A DNA stretch of 64,000 bases from Eledone cirrhosa. Lineage: Eukaryota. Below the pieces are notes generated by a model. The model saw nothing but the letters and a program-made list of their open reading frames with translations. It searched no databases and had not been told where the DNA came from. Below are positions 12,203-25,228 of the stretch, one piece after another (within the stretch, counting starts at the first letter, position 1; every line of letters begins with the position of its first letter). Made by a program: the position numbers and the translations under genes. The DNA lies in contig OZ024742.1 of the NCBI GenBank assembly GCA_964016885.1, positions 334,490,001 to 334,554,000 on the forward strand, given 5' to 3'.

Positions 12203-12267
12203 AGCAGAGTGGCGCAGTGGAAGCGTGCTGGGCCCAGAGGTCAGTAGATCGAAACTACGCTCTACTA
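12203..12267 (+). pseudogene. tRNA-iMet pseudogene lacking anticodon loop
   Basis: GGGCCCAGAGG: 7-nt deletion between CCCA repeats. Confidence 0.85.
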
Positions 12268-12884
12268 ATCTTATTTTTTACTGTTTTATTTTCTTAAATA
12301 TATAGTCACACTAGTGTCTCGGAGTATCTAGACTACCTGACTGTTTCATTCTATAGCATATAATAAACATATGTACATACTATGTACCCTATCAGAAATA
12401 TATATCTTTTATATTTCGCGCTGATGAAATAATTTTAATAAACCTTAAGTATTGCAAGGTAATCTCTTTAATATTTCCAGAAATATAAGGCAGTGGATAT
12501 ATAGTATCATTAAAACATCAGATGTGAATTTGTCTGTGTGTCTGTGTGTTTGTGTATGATCATATATACACCCACTTTGAAACAACGAAGGTTTTGAAAA
12601 TAACGAAATAAATGGCACACAGAAACGATCAGATCTGGAGAAGGTTAAACGTTGTATTTTCTACCAGTCAACTCGTGTATAAGAAAATATAAATTCAAGA
12701 GAATATTCCCAGTGATGCCTCAATATCCACTAAATGTACATAATAATTTATATTGTTTCACGTTTCCCTGTGTTCTGATATATTGAAGCACAAAGCAAAA
12801 TAATATTTTACCTATGATGCAATAAAATCAATGTGATCTAGTTCGTAAATTTAAAGGAGTAAAACGTCTCGTTATTCTGCAGTT

Positions 12885-12949
12885 AGCAGATTGGCGCAGT
12901 GGAAGTGAGCTGGGCCCAGAAGTCCGTAGATCGAAACTACGCTCTACTA
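12885..12949 (+). pseudogene. tRNA-iMet pseudogene lacking anticodon loop
   Basis: Same 7-nt deletion as the copy at 12203. Confidence 0.85.
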
Positions 12950-13844
12950 ATCATATTTGTTCTTTTAAATATAATCACACCTATTTCTCTGAGGTTCCAC
13001 ATTGAATGACTATTTTATTCTAACGAATCTAATCAAGACAATTACATAATATGTACACAATCAGAAATAAATATCTTTAATAATTCGTACTGATGAAATA
13101 ATTTTATTTAAATATTTTCATGAAGTATTGCAGGGTGTCTGAAATATAAGACAGTGGATAAGAAATATTATTTAAACTTGGGATGTGACTTTGTGTATGT
13201 CTCTGTGTCTCTGTTTTGTAAATTTAATAATGTATATACAAACGTTGATACTACTGCAAAATTTTAAAAAGTAATGAAACAAAATATGCCCAGAATCATC
13301 AGATCGGTAAAACGTTAAACTTTCTCTATTTTACCATTCTCCTCCTGTACAGGGAAACGTTAATCAAGATATGTTTTCCATCCAACAGATAGAGATATGC
13401 TATCCATGTTTGTTATTGTGTTTAAATATATAATCAGATCTGTCTCTCGGCGTATCTTCTTTAAATTATTTTTATTTTACCGTATATAAAGTGTACCCTC
13501 TCGTTTTTATAAAGTTACCACATTCCCGGAGACAGACATGTGTAATGGCTAATACAATACAAACATTCTAAGCTAACATAATTGATGGTTAAACCGCAAA
13601 TGAAATTATTAAAGTATTTTCTACCGGTCACCTCGTATATTAGAACATATGAATTCAAGAGAATATTTCCAGTGATACACCAATATCCACTAAATGAACT
13701 TCATAATCTATATTGGTTCACGTTTCCCTGTGTTCTGATATATTGAAGCACAAAGAAATATAATATTTTACCTATGATATCCTACTATCAATGTGACTGT
13801 GTACATAAATTCATAGTAGTAAAAATTTATATTAATCTCTTGTC

Positions 13845-13916
13845 AGCATAGTGGTGCAGTGGATGCGTGCTGGGCCCATAACCCAGAGGTCCGTAGATCG
13901 AAACTACACTCTACTT
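13845..13916 (+). pseudogene. tRNA-iMet variant
   Basis: CAT retained; acceptor stem damaged. Confidence 0.75.
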
Positions 13917-15097
13917 CTCACGTTTTTTTTTTCTTTTCAATATATAATTATAATGTGCAGTAAATGACTATTTCTTTCTATCGAATTCACATATCATGTA
14001 CCAGATGAGGAATATATATATTTTATCATTCGTTTTGATGAAATAATATGTTATTTAATTATTTACGTTGGAAGGTGTCTCTTTATTATTTAATCATTAG
14101 ATGTGACTTTGCTTTGAAAATTTAATACTTTATTCCTAAACTTTGATACTACTACGAAGGCTTTAAGAATAACAATACAAAATAAGTCCAGAAATCATCA
14201 GTTCGGTAAAACGTTGAACGTTGTATATTCTACCAATGACTTTGTTTAAGAAAATGTGAAACCATGATACGCTTTCCTGTGAAACCTCAATATCCACTAA
14301 ATGAACGTATTAATTACGATTTGTTTCAGGTTTCCCCTTTGTTTTTATATATTCAAACACAAAACAATATTGTTCAATCCATGACGCAATACTATCACTG
14401 TAACCTAGTTTATACACTCTGCTATTTGCAATTTTCCCTTAAATAAAATCCCACCCCGTTATAGCAGTATCTTCAGAAAATAAACATTTCATTCTAACAT
14501 GTAATATGTCAGCTCTCGTTTTAATATAGTTGTCATATTTCAATAGTTATAGATTTGCTATTTATATTTGTTATTGTTTTATTTACTATATGATCACACC
14601 TGTATCTCTCGGAGTATCTACACTAAATGACTATTTCATTCTATCACATTTCAAAAGACAGACATGCGTAATGGCTGATTCGATACATCCAATCTAAACT
14701 TTGTTTAATTACATCCATTAAACACAGAGAAAATCAGATCTAGACATTTAAACTACACAATATATGCTAGAGCATTAATAAGTTTATTTAATGAAAATAA
14801 GGAACGCTCAGGAGAGCTTGAGGGGAGTAGGTCTTCAGAGAAGAAACACAGCTTAAGCCTAATGAGTGTAGCAAACCTCTGCCGATGGACGACACTCAAA
14901 TGTGGCAGATTAGATTGCTTGTATTGAGTTATCAATTACACATCTTTCTATGTTCAAATGTTACAACTATATTTAATTATATTAAAATGAAATTCTACAC
15001 AATATAAGGGATATGAAATGTTTATTTAGTGTAGATACTCCGAGATATATAGGGATTATATATTAATAGAATCAATGAAGGCAAAAGAAGTTACGAA

Positions 15098-15169
15098 TAG
15101 CAGAGCGTAGTTTCGATTTACGGACCTCAGGGTTATGGGCTCAGCACGCATCCACTGCACCACTCTGCT
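15098..15169 (-). pseudogene. tRNA-iMet variant
   Basis: First minus-strand copy; about 5 substitutions. Confidence 0.75.
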
Positions 15170-15817
15170 GACTAGATAGTATCGAGATGTTTTACTACTT
15201 TGAATTTATAAACTAGGTTACCTTGATAGAAATCATAAGCTCTGTAGAATGTTAAATTCAGTATTTTCTAACTTGTATATAAGAAAGTTTTCATCCAAGA
15301 GATTATTTCCACTGAAACAACAATAAACAATAAATTAACATTATTCAATACTTGTTTCACCTTTCTCTATGTTCTGACATATTGAAACGCACATAGAAAA
15401 ATAAGGTTTAATCGATGAAGCAATACTATCAATGTTACCTAGTTCATAAAATAAAAATAGTAAAATGAAACGTGACTACCCGTTCATTAGAGGGACACAG
15501 TGGAGAGTGCTGGCCCCATAACCCAGAAGTCCGTATTCATGCATGTTGTTATTTTCTTTTTAAATATATAATCATACCAGCTTCTCGGTGTATCGACACT
15601 AAAATAAAATAATAACTTAAAGAAGAGACTCCGCTAGGTCTGAATATGTATTTAAAAACACAATACAAACATGAATAGCATATCTCTATCTGTTGAAATA
15701 TGACAACTACATTAAAAAGATAATCTCCATATTGATTGTGTTCCAGTGAAATTTCCATCTAGTGAAGATACCCCGACTGGGTGATATGATTATATAAAAC
15801 AAAATTAAAAACACGTA

Positions 15818-15889
15818 TAGCTGAGGGTAGTTTCGATCTTCGGGCCTTAGGATCATGGGCCCAGCATGCTTCCACTGCGCCACTCTGCT
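15818..15889 (-). pseudogene. tRNA-iMet pseudogene
   Basis: Many substitutions in the 3' half. Confidence 0.75.
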
Positions 15890-16586
15890 GCGTATGGAAT
15901 GGTGTGACGTTTTACAACATTTATTTTATAATAATAATGAAAATATTGTGTCAAAAAGTGTATGTATAGTACATAGGGTAATGTACAAACGTCACGAAAA
16001 TGAACAGTGCATGAGTCATGATATACACATGTGTGCATGTGTATGGAAGGGGTACATCAGGTGTAGTTATTATCAATTAGGTTACATTGATCTTTTTGTT
16101 TCAATATGTTAGAACATTAGGAAACGTGAATCAATATTAATTATTACGTTCATTTAGTGTATATTGAGGTTTCACTGGAAAACATATCTTCCATTTACAT
16201 TTCCCTGTACAGGAGGTGAATGGTAGAATATAGAAAGTTTAACGTTTTACCGATCTGATACATTCTAGGTATATTTTGTCTCATTATTGTAGTAGTATCA
16301 AAACTTGAGTATATATTATTAAATTTACAAAACAGAGATACACATTCACATCCCAAGTTTAAATAATATTTCTTATCCACTGTCATATATTTCAGGAAAT
16401 GATAAAAAGACACATTGTAATAATTTATAGAAATAACTGAATAAAATGATGTCATCAGCACGAATTATTAAAAATATATATTTCTGATTTGTAATTGTTT
16501 TGATTATATTCGTTAGAATAAAATAGTCATTTAATGTGGAACCTCAGAGAAACAGGTGTGATTATATTTAAAATAATAAGCATGAT

Positions 16587-16658
16587 TAGCAGCGCGTAGT
16601 TTCGATCTACGGACCTCTGGGTTATGGGCCCAGCACGCTTCCACTGCGCCACTCTTCT
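16587..16658 (-). tRNA. tRNA-iMet(CAT), two acceptor-stem substitutions
   Basis: Consensus apart from the acceptor stem. Confidence 0.65.
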
Positions 16659-16975
16659 GACTGCTTAATTTAGATGTTTTAATACCTTTAGTGACTGTAC
16701 ACCATTAGATTGACAGAGTTACCTCATTCAGTATACAGAGATAAAGCCACAGCCATGGAGTTAAACTGCACAATGTATGCCAGAGCATTATTATGTTCAT
16801 TTAATGAAAGTAATTGTTTCACTGAAAACATCTGAGATTCACTTTTCATTATTTATGTACATATAAGGTTTAACCATCAATTGTGCTAGTTTAGAATGTT
16901 TGTATTGTATTAACCATAACACATGTCTGTCTCTTGAAATCTGGCAACATTAAAAACACAAGAGGGTACACATTA

Positions 16976-17669
16976 TCATAATCTATAAAGCTCAGTGTGT
17001 GGTCATGCTCCTTCGTTATGGAAATCTATGATATAGAATTTCTTCAATTGAAATTTACAATTCAGTATTCGAAATAGCCTCGATTGCGTTTTGATGCAGA
17101 TAATTTTTTCAATTTCACCCACAATTACGCAAAACATAGATAAAACTCAATATTTTACGATTTATCTCTCATTTAAACTGCTGAACTCTTTCTACTACCA
17201 TTCAAAATCTATACAACTTCATACTTTCTGCTACTTTCTCTTTCCAAGCTTATGGTGATACTGTCCGTTCACACCACTCCCTACTGTCTTAAATTTAGAA
17301 AACACATATCCTCTATGAGGTCACTAAACCTGCTAGAAACAACAGCTAACTCTCCCTCATATCACCCCCCCCCCCCCCCCCACTGTCTTAAATTTAGAAA
17401 ACACACAGACAACCACGCAGAACAACTCCATCGCAGCTCTGTTGTTCGGCTGGCATCGTCTACGCGCGTGTTGCGCAAGTACTGTGAAACAATAAATTTC
17501 AACACTTGTTTGCACAGAGATAATATCCATAGGCGAAACTACAATTGTCACAGGTCTGCAATTCATTCGCCCAGTGCCTGGCAGACAAAAAAGTGCTGCC
17601 ATAAAATGGGTGGTGCAACCTAACTTTGGTAACTTAATGACCCCGAGCAACGCCGGGCTTTAATGCTAG
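16976..17669 (+). mobile_element. non-autonomous Helitron
   Basis: A|TC start; 3' hairpin CCCGAGCAACGCCGGG then CTAG|T; no TSD. The flanks rejoin like the empty site at ~13470-13500 (reverse complement). Confidence 0.88.
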
Positions 17670-17906
17670 TATACGATAAAATAAAATAACTTAAAGAAGA
17701 GACTCCGAGAGTCAAATCTGAATATGTATTTAAAAACACAATCCAAACATGGATAGCATATCTCTATCTGTTGAAATATGACAACTACATTTAAAAGATA
17801 GTCTCCATATTGATTGTGTTAGGATGAAATTTTCATTTAGTGAAGATACCCGGACAGGGCGATCTGATTATATATTCAAGAATATAAAACAAAAAAAAGA
17901 CACATA

Positions 17907-17970
17907 TAGCAGAGCGTTCTACAGACCTCTGGGTTATGGGCCCAGCACGCTTCCACTGCGCCACTCTGCT
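17907..17970 (-). pseudogene. tRNA-iMet pseudogene
   Basis: T loop and B box deleted. Confidence 0.85.
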
Positions 17971-18035
17971 GAGAGCTGATGAGACGTTTTACTACTTTGA
18001 ACTTTTGATTTAGGTTACATTGATAGTATTTCATC

Positions 18036-18685
18036 AGAAGTGATGGGAAGAGACTAGATGGCCTTACCCTTTAGCCCTGGGTAAGATAGGTTTGTCTCAT
18101 CTGGGACGCCAAAGTCAGTGACTCATGTACTCCCTCCCACACCATGGACGCCGCAGGAAATGTTAGGGTCATTGCTTCCGTTGCTGAATTGAATAACATT
18201 AGTAAATACGTGGATTTATGTAGTAATTACCTTTTTCCAGCCTGAGGCGTTCGAGAAGTTTTCTGAAGTTGGGCTTCTAACAACGAAGTCCTTGTCATGG
18301 CTGGTGGCTCACCATACTGAGGTCTCAGCTAATACCTGTGTTGGTGCCTGGTAGCTTCAGCACCTTAGCCTCGCCATTATCTGTGGTAATGTTGCGAGCG
18401 TATTGTTTAGTTATACCTTATGATGTTATGTCGGACGATTGTCGCACTTATTGGTGAATTGATGGCCGCTTTTGTTTTTGCACCCCTTATTTTTACTATT
18501 ATTTACGTGTTTATATTATGTTTATCAATGACATTATATTTGTAATGTGTTTCTGAAAGAATTGAGAGTAATATAGAATGTTATTTAAGTATTTGTAACG
18601 TTATTTGTAATGTTATTTATCTATGTATTTAAAATATATTTGTAATATTATTTATATAACTGTTAATAAAATAGGATTATATTAC
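18036..18685 (+). mobile_element. 5'-truncated CRE-like non-LTR retrotransposon (restriction-like endonuclease C-terminus plus 3' UTR)
   Basis: Manual translation RSDGKRLDGLTL*PW...LIWDAKVSD...AELNNISKY...QHLSLAIICGNVASVL matches the CRE-clade pattern DGKRPDG..PW..WD..KY..QRLSIAIQRGNAASV; has stops and a frameshift. Confidence 0.8.
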
Positions 18686-19200
18686 ATTTATCTTTTATTT
18701 AACGTTATGTTTCTCTGTGTGTTTGAATATATAAGAATATAGGGTAACGTGAAACATTAATATGATCATTCAGTGTATATTAAGGTTTCAAGGGAAATAA
18801 TGTAATTTCTCATGTCCTTATATATGAGGTGACTGGTAGAAAACACAATTTTTAATGTTCAATTGAGTTGACGTTTTCTGGGATCATTTATTTCATTATT
18901 TTCAAAACCTTCGTTGTTTCAAAGTATGGGTGTAAATTATTAAATTTACAACACAGAGACACACAGACAAATCACATCTGAAGTTTATATAATAATACTT
19001 ATCCACTGTCCTATATTTCAGGAAATAATAAAGAGACACCTTATATACTTAAAACATTATTTCATCAGCGCGCATTATAAAATATATAAATATTTCTGAT
19101 GTGGTACATAGTATGTACGTGTGTTGATTACATGCGAAAGAAATAGTCATTTGCTGTAGATACTCCGTGAGAACAGGTGTGAATATATGTCTAACATAAT

Positions 19201-19273
19201 TAACAGTGCGTAGTTTCGATTCAATGGACCTCTGGGTTATGGGCCCAGCACAAATCCATTGCGCCACTCTGCT
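19201..19273 (-). pseudogene. tRNA-iMet pseudogene
   Basis: CAT retained; many substitutions and an insertion. Confidence 0.75.
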
Positions 19274-20202
19274 GTCTGAGTCTGATATAAACTTTTTAAA
19301 CTTTGAATTTATGAAGTAGGTTACATTGTTAGTATTGCATCATATATTAAAAGTTATTTTTGTTTGTGTTTAAATATATCAGAACATAGTATAATGTGAA
19401 ATAATATAGATTATTACGTTCCTTTAGAGGATATTGAGTTTTTACTGGAAATATTCTGTTGTATTTTCATTTCCATATATAGTAGGTTACTGGTAGAAAA
19501 TACGTTTTTTCTACCGATGATTTCAGGGGGGTGGGTCTTTTATTTTGTTATTTTCAAAACCATCAATATTTCCAAGTGTGTTTAAATTATTAAATTTGCA
19601 ACACACAGACACACAAACAAAATAATATCTGGAGTTTGAATAATACTGCTTATTCATTATCCTATATTTTCGGAAAAATAAAGAGAAACCCTCCAATATT
19701 TAATGGAGATAGAAATAGGTTATTTCATCAGTACGAATTGTAAAATTTATAGATTTTTCCTTTATGTTAATTCATTGTCTAGATGTTTGGATAGAAAAAA
19801 GAAGCAACACATACACGTATTTTTAGAGAAATGGTTAGATCTACACACCTAGGTTTTATGGGAGCTCTACGATTCTGATGACGGCTGTGCCGTATATATT
19901 ATTGGTATTGAATTATCCATTACATATCTCTCACTCTTTTCACAAGTATATTGAAAGGAAAGTCTGCAAAAAATATGTGATAAAATGAAACGAGTATTTA
20001 GTGTAGTTACTCCGAAATACAAACGGGATTATATAGTTAAAATAAATAGAAAAAACAAACGAACAGCAGAGTAGTAGTTTCGATCTATATTAAAAGGAGA
20101 ATCTACTTATTACAAACGTTACAGTGAAATGTTTATTTAGTGAAGACACTCCAACAAAGGGATGGGATTGTATTTTAGAAAATAAACAACAAAAGCAGTA
20201 AA

Positions 20203-20274
20203 TAGCAGAGCGTAGTTTCGATCTACGGACCTCTGGGTTATGGGCCCAGCACGCTTCCACTGCGCCACTCTGCT
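20203..20274 (-). tRNA. initiator tRNA-Met(CAT), perfect consensus
   Basis: Exact reverse complement of consensus; T-runs downstream. Confidence 0.97.
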
Positions 20275-20849
20275 GACTGAAAATTGGTGTGGCTTTTTAC
20301 TACTTTGAATTTATGAGCTAGGTTATATTAATAGTATTGCACCATAGATTAAACGTTATTTCTTTGTATTTCAATATATCAGAAAATAGTGTAATGTGAA
20401 ACAATAGAAATTGTTACGTTCATTTAGTGGAAATAATCTCTTGGATTCAAGTTTTCTTATAGTTGAGGCGACGGGAGAATATGAATCGTTTAACATTCTA
20501 CAGGGGTGATGATTTCTGGAGAATTTTGTTTCGTTATTTTCAAGACCTTCGTAGTAGTTTCAAAGTATGGGTATAAATTATTAAAATTTACAACTCACAG
20601 ACACACGGACACACCGACAAATCACATCTACAGTTTAAATAATACTGCTTCTCCAATTTCATATATTTCAGGAAATAATTAAGAGACACTTAACATATAT
20701 TTATCTCCGTTAATATTGTAATTTCATCGGTACGAATGTAAAAGATATTGATATTTTATGTACATAGTATATATATATATATTTGTTGATGCATTACCTA
20801 GACTTTCGGATACCAAAAATAAACAAAACTATACATACACAAACGTTTA

Positions 20850-21455
20850 TATAATTATATATATATATATAAAAATAACAGATTAAAGTTTAAGCAAAGA
20901 ATCGCTGCTTTCACTCTTAACGGGATCTTCTGAAAGTAAATAAATCTATCTGTTAACGCAGAAGTATATATTTCGTAAAATGTTACACACTATATATATA
21001 TATATATACACACAAACTATATATACATACACACACAGATAGCGACGTCATAATGGCGTAATGTAGACAGCCAGACATACAGACAGATATTATGAGAGCG
21101 CAACACTCCTGGAGATGAGGGTTGCACATTTTTTTTCGGGGGTATGTGTTACCCTTATAAACTGTATCCCTCTATTGGGGAAAATCGACTAACTTTTTAA
21201 ATTCCATTTGTGATAACATTTTACACGTTTTTATTGTATGTAAACTTCCCCCTTTGTATTTGTCCCCTTCTTTTGTGCCCCTGTGGCTAATAAAGAAATA
21301 TATCTATCTCAAAAGAAAGACTAAGAATTATAGAGAGAGATTGCTAAATCGCCTAATGCGGTCCCTAGGGCATTGAAAATTTTGAAATGTTTGCTCAAAA
21401 GACTCACAGGACCATAAGTATCACAGACAGACATTCTCTGTTTTAGATATATAGA
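20850..21455 (-). mobile_element. 3'-truncated non-autonomous Helitron (family H2) with ~200-bp internal insert
   Basis: Homologous to 23770-24312. The insert at ~21100-21300 ends in AATAAA plus TATC, like a LINE 3' end. Confidence 0.7.
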
Positions 21456-21629
21456 TTAAGTTATCACTGGAAATATTCTCTCGTATTCACATTTCCTTAT
21501 ACACGAGGCGACTAGTAGAATATACAATGTTTAGCATTTTACCGATCTGATGTGTGGGTATAAATTATCAAATGTACAAAATAAAGACACTCAGACACAC
21601 AGACAAAATCATATCCGAAGTTTAAATAA

Positions 21630-21750
21630 TTGTTTCTAATTATGGCACAAGGCCAGCAATTACCCTGTGCAATGCTGGTACTTTATTTTATCGACCGTAA
21701 GGATGAAAGGCAGAGTTAACCTTGGCAGGATTTGAACTGAGAATGGCAAG
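21630..21750 (-). mobile_element. 5'-truncated SINE family A (paralog at 24488-24610)
   Basis: GGCACAAGGCCAGCAA...GGATGAAAGGC...GGATTTGAACT. Confidence 0.8.
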
Positions 21751-21961
21751 GCACATGTCCTATATTTCAGGAAATAATAAAGAGACACCTTCCAATACTT
21801 AACATAAAGAATTAAATTTGATATTATTTTATCAACACGAATTATAAAAGATACATATATTTCTGATTTGGTTGGTACATGATATGTACATTTGTTGATT
21901 ACTTGCGATAGAATGACAGTCACGTGTCATTATATATTTTTAAAAAAACAAGAAAAACAAA

Positions 21962-22033
21962 TAGCAAAGGGTAGTTTCGATCTACGGAGCTCTGGGTTAT
22001 GGGACCACCACGCTTCCACTGCTCCACTCTGCT
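21962..22033 (-). pseudogene. tRNA-iMet variant
   Basis: CAT retained; about 6 substitutions. Confidence 0.75.
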
Positions 22034-22201
22034 GGCTGAAACATGAGGTGACTTTTTTCATTTTGAATGTATGCACAAGGGTACATTGTTAGTATTGCAA
22101 GGAAGGTCTACATATTTCATGTGCGAAATGAAATGTTTATTTGGTTAAATACTCCGAGGTAGAGATAGGATTAAGCATTTTTTGTAAATGACAAACATAT
22201 A

Positions 22202-22273
22202 TAGCAGAGCGTAGTTTCGATCTACGGACCTCTGGGTTATGGGCCAAGCACGCTTCCACTGCGCCACTCTGCT
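22202..22273 (-). tRNA. tRNA-iMet(CAT), single anticodon-stem substitution
   Basis: CTTGG instead of CTGGG. Confidence 0.75.
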
Positions 22274-22776
22274 GACTGAAAATTGGTGTGACTTTTTAAT
22301 AATTTTAATTGATGGGCTAGGTTATATTAATAGTATTGCATCATAGATTAAACGTTATTTCTCTTTGTATTTCAATATTTCAGAAAATAGTGTAACGTGA
22401 AACAATAGAAATTATTGCGTTCATTTAGTGGTTATTGAGGTTTCACAGGAAATACTCTCTTGGATTCAAGTTTTCTTATAGTTGAGGCGACGGTAGAATA
22501 TACAACGTTTAACATTCTACAGAGGTGATGATTTCTGGGGGATTTTGTTTCGTTATTTTCAAGACCTTCGTAGTAGTTTCAAAGTATGGGTATAAATTAT
22601 TAAATTTACAACACAGACACACGGACACACCGACAAATCACATCTGTTTAAATAATACTGCTCTCCAATGTCATATATTTCAGGAAATAATTAAGAGACA
22701 CTTTACAATATTAACAGAGATAAATATGTTATTTCATCGGTACGAATGTAAAAGATATAGATATTTTATGTACATA

Positions 22777-22833
<57 letters not shown>

Positions 22834-23333
22834 AAAGTTTTATTTAAGATTGTTGGGTTACAACGAGTAAATATTTTATAACTGATATAAAAGCACTCGA
22901 CAGTTTCTGGAGTAGGTTTACGATATTAAACAAATGGAAACTATATTTAATATGATATCCCAGAAATATATATAACGAAATAAATATGGTTTTATAAATA
23001 TAGTTTCCATTTGTTTAATATCGTATATATATATATTTGTTGATTCATTGTCTAGACTTTCGGATACCAAAAATGAACAAAGTACACAGGTATTAATAGA
23101 CAAAAGATTTGACCGACAAACCTTCGAATTATGGGAATTGTTGGTTTCTGTTGACGGCTGCAGTGTATATATTGCTCGTATTCAATTATCTATTATATCT
23201 CTCCCCCTTTGAAATGTGATAATTATATAAAAGGAGGAGACTCCACATTATATGGGAAAAAATAAAATCAATTTGTGTGGATATTACGAGGTATATATGG
23301 AATCATATAATTAAAAGAACAAAAAATTACAAA

Positions 23334-23402
23334 TAGCAGAGCGTAGTTTCGTTTTTCGGAACTCTTTGTGGGCGCAGTACGTTTCAACTGTATCACACAC
23401 CT
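23334..23402 (-). pseudogene. highly degenerate tRNA-iMet (copies at 34384, 38428, 46131, 50350, 58022, 61995)
   Basis: Only the 3' CGAAACTACGCTCTGCTA is intact. Confidence 0.7.
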
Positions 23403-23536
23403 GGCTGTTTTAATAGGACGTTGTATTACATTTAGTGACTGTCCACCATTAGATTGATAATAGTTATTAGGTGTAGATACTCCGATAGACAAGTTTGATT
23501 ATATATTTTAAAAAATGGAACAATATCAAATATGAT

Positions 23537-23607
23537 TAAACAGCGTAGTTTCAATCTACGGACCTCTGGGTTATGGGCCCAGCACGCTTCCACTTCGCCA
23601 CTCTGCT
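23537..23607 (-). pseudogene. tRNA-iMet with damaged 3' acceptor strand (copies at 38631, 50553, 62198)
   Basis: Ends CGCTGTTTA instead of CGCTCTGCTA. Confidence 0.78.
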
Positions 23608-23769
23608 GCATAGAAAATTACTTGACATTTTGCTATTTTTAATTTATGACCTAGTTTACCTTGATAGTATTGCATCATAGAATAAGCGTTATATTTTCTT
23701 TATGTTTGAATATATCTAAACATATAGTAACGGGAAACTATATAGATTATTACGTTCATTTAGTGGATA

Positions 23770-23855
23770 CTAGCAGAATGGCCCGGCGTTGCTCTGGATT
23801 TGCTCTAGGGTTCTTATATATTTGATATATATTTATCCTTATCGAGCCTCGTGAA

Positions 23856-23903
<48 letters not shown>

Positions 23904-24312
23904 CAGATTAAAGTTTAAGCAAAGAATCGCTGCTTTGAATCTTAACGGGATCCTCTGAAACTAAATAAATCTATCTGTTAACGCAGAAGTATATATTTCG
24001 TAAAATGTTACACATAATATATATATATATATATACACAAACTATATATACATATATACACACACACGCAGATAGCGATGTCATAATATCGCAATGCAGG
24101 CAGTCAGACATACAGACAGATATTATAAGGGCGCAACGTTTTATCTATGTATCTATCTAAAAAGAAAGACTAAGAATTATAGAGAGAGATCGTTAAATCG
24201 CCTAATGCGGTCCCTAGGGCATTGAAATTTTTGAAATGTTTGCTCAAAAGACTCACAGGACTATAAGTATTACAAACAGACAGACAGACATTCTCTGTTT
24301 TAGATATATAGA
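23770..24312 (-). mobile_element. non-autonomous Helitron family H2 with internal (TA)n
   Basis: Minus strand: A|TCTATATATCTAAAA...(TCTG)n...GAGCAACGCCGGGCCATTCTGCTAG|T, inserted in the flank motif TAGTGGATA|TT. Truncated copies at 34599-35273, 38862-39410, 46346-47146, 50784-51135, 58217-58847, 62429-62741. Confidence 0.85.
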
Positions 24313-24765
24313 TTAAGTTATCACTGGAAATATTCTCTCGAATTCACATTCCGTTATACACGAGGTGACTAGTAGAATATACAATGCTTAATATTTTACC
24401 GATCTGATGTGTGGGTATAAATTATCAAATTTACAAAATAAAGACACACAGACACACAGACAAAATCATATCCGAAGTTTAAATAATTGTTTCTACATAT
24501 GGCACAAGACCAGCAATTATCCAGTGCATTGCTGGTAATTTATTTTATCGACACCATAAGGGTGAAAGGCAAAGTTAACCTTGGCGGGATTTGTACTGAG
24601 AATGGCAAGAGCCGTGTCCTATATTTCAGGAAATAATAAAGAGACACCTTCAAATACTTAACATAAAGAATTAAATATAATCTTATTTCATCAACACGAA
24701 TTATGGATAGAATGAAATATGAATGTGTAATTATATATTTTAAAAAACAAAAAAATAACCACATA

Positions 24766-24837
24766 TTGCGAAAGGTAGTTTCGATCTACGGAACTCTGGG
24801 TTTTGGGCCCAGAACGCTTCCACTGCGCCACTCTACT
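24766..24837 (-). pseudogene. tRNA-iMet-derived copy with CAA anticodon and damaged acceptor stem
   Basis: Minus strand GGGCCCAAAACCCAG; its upstream flank matches that of the 1790 copy. Confidence 0.75.
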
Positions 24838-24984
24838 GACTGAAGAAATACGGGACTTTTTTCTATTTTGAATTCATGCATTAGGTTACATTGTTAGTTT
24901 TGTATCATAGATTAAACGTTATTTTTCTTTGTATTTGAATATATCAGATAAACAGAATTAATTAATATATTCATTTATTGTATA

Positions 24985-25228
24985 CTAGCATTAAAGCTTG
25001 GCGTTGCTTGGTTTCAGTAAGTTACCAAAGTTAGGTTGCACCACCCGTTTTATGGCAGCACTTTTTTCTCTGCCAGGCACTTGGTGAATGAATTGCAAAC
25101 CTGGACTGCCGAAGCAGGAGCTGCGCCAGCAGTGACAATTGTAGTTTCGGCTATGGATATTATCTCTGTGCAAAGAAGTATTGAAATTTATTGTTTCACA
25201 GCACTTGCGCAACACGCGCGTAGACGAT
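24985..25228 (-). mobile_element. Helitron 3' fragment (same family as 16976-17669)
   Basis: Reverse-complement match to ~17455-17669, ending in CTAG. Confidence 0.82.
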
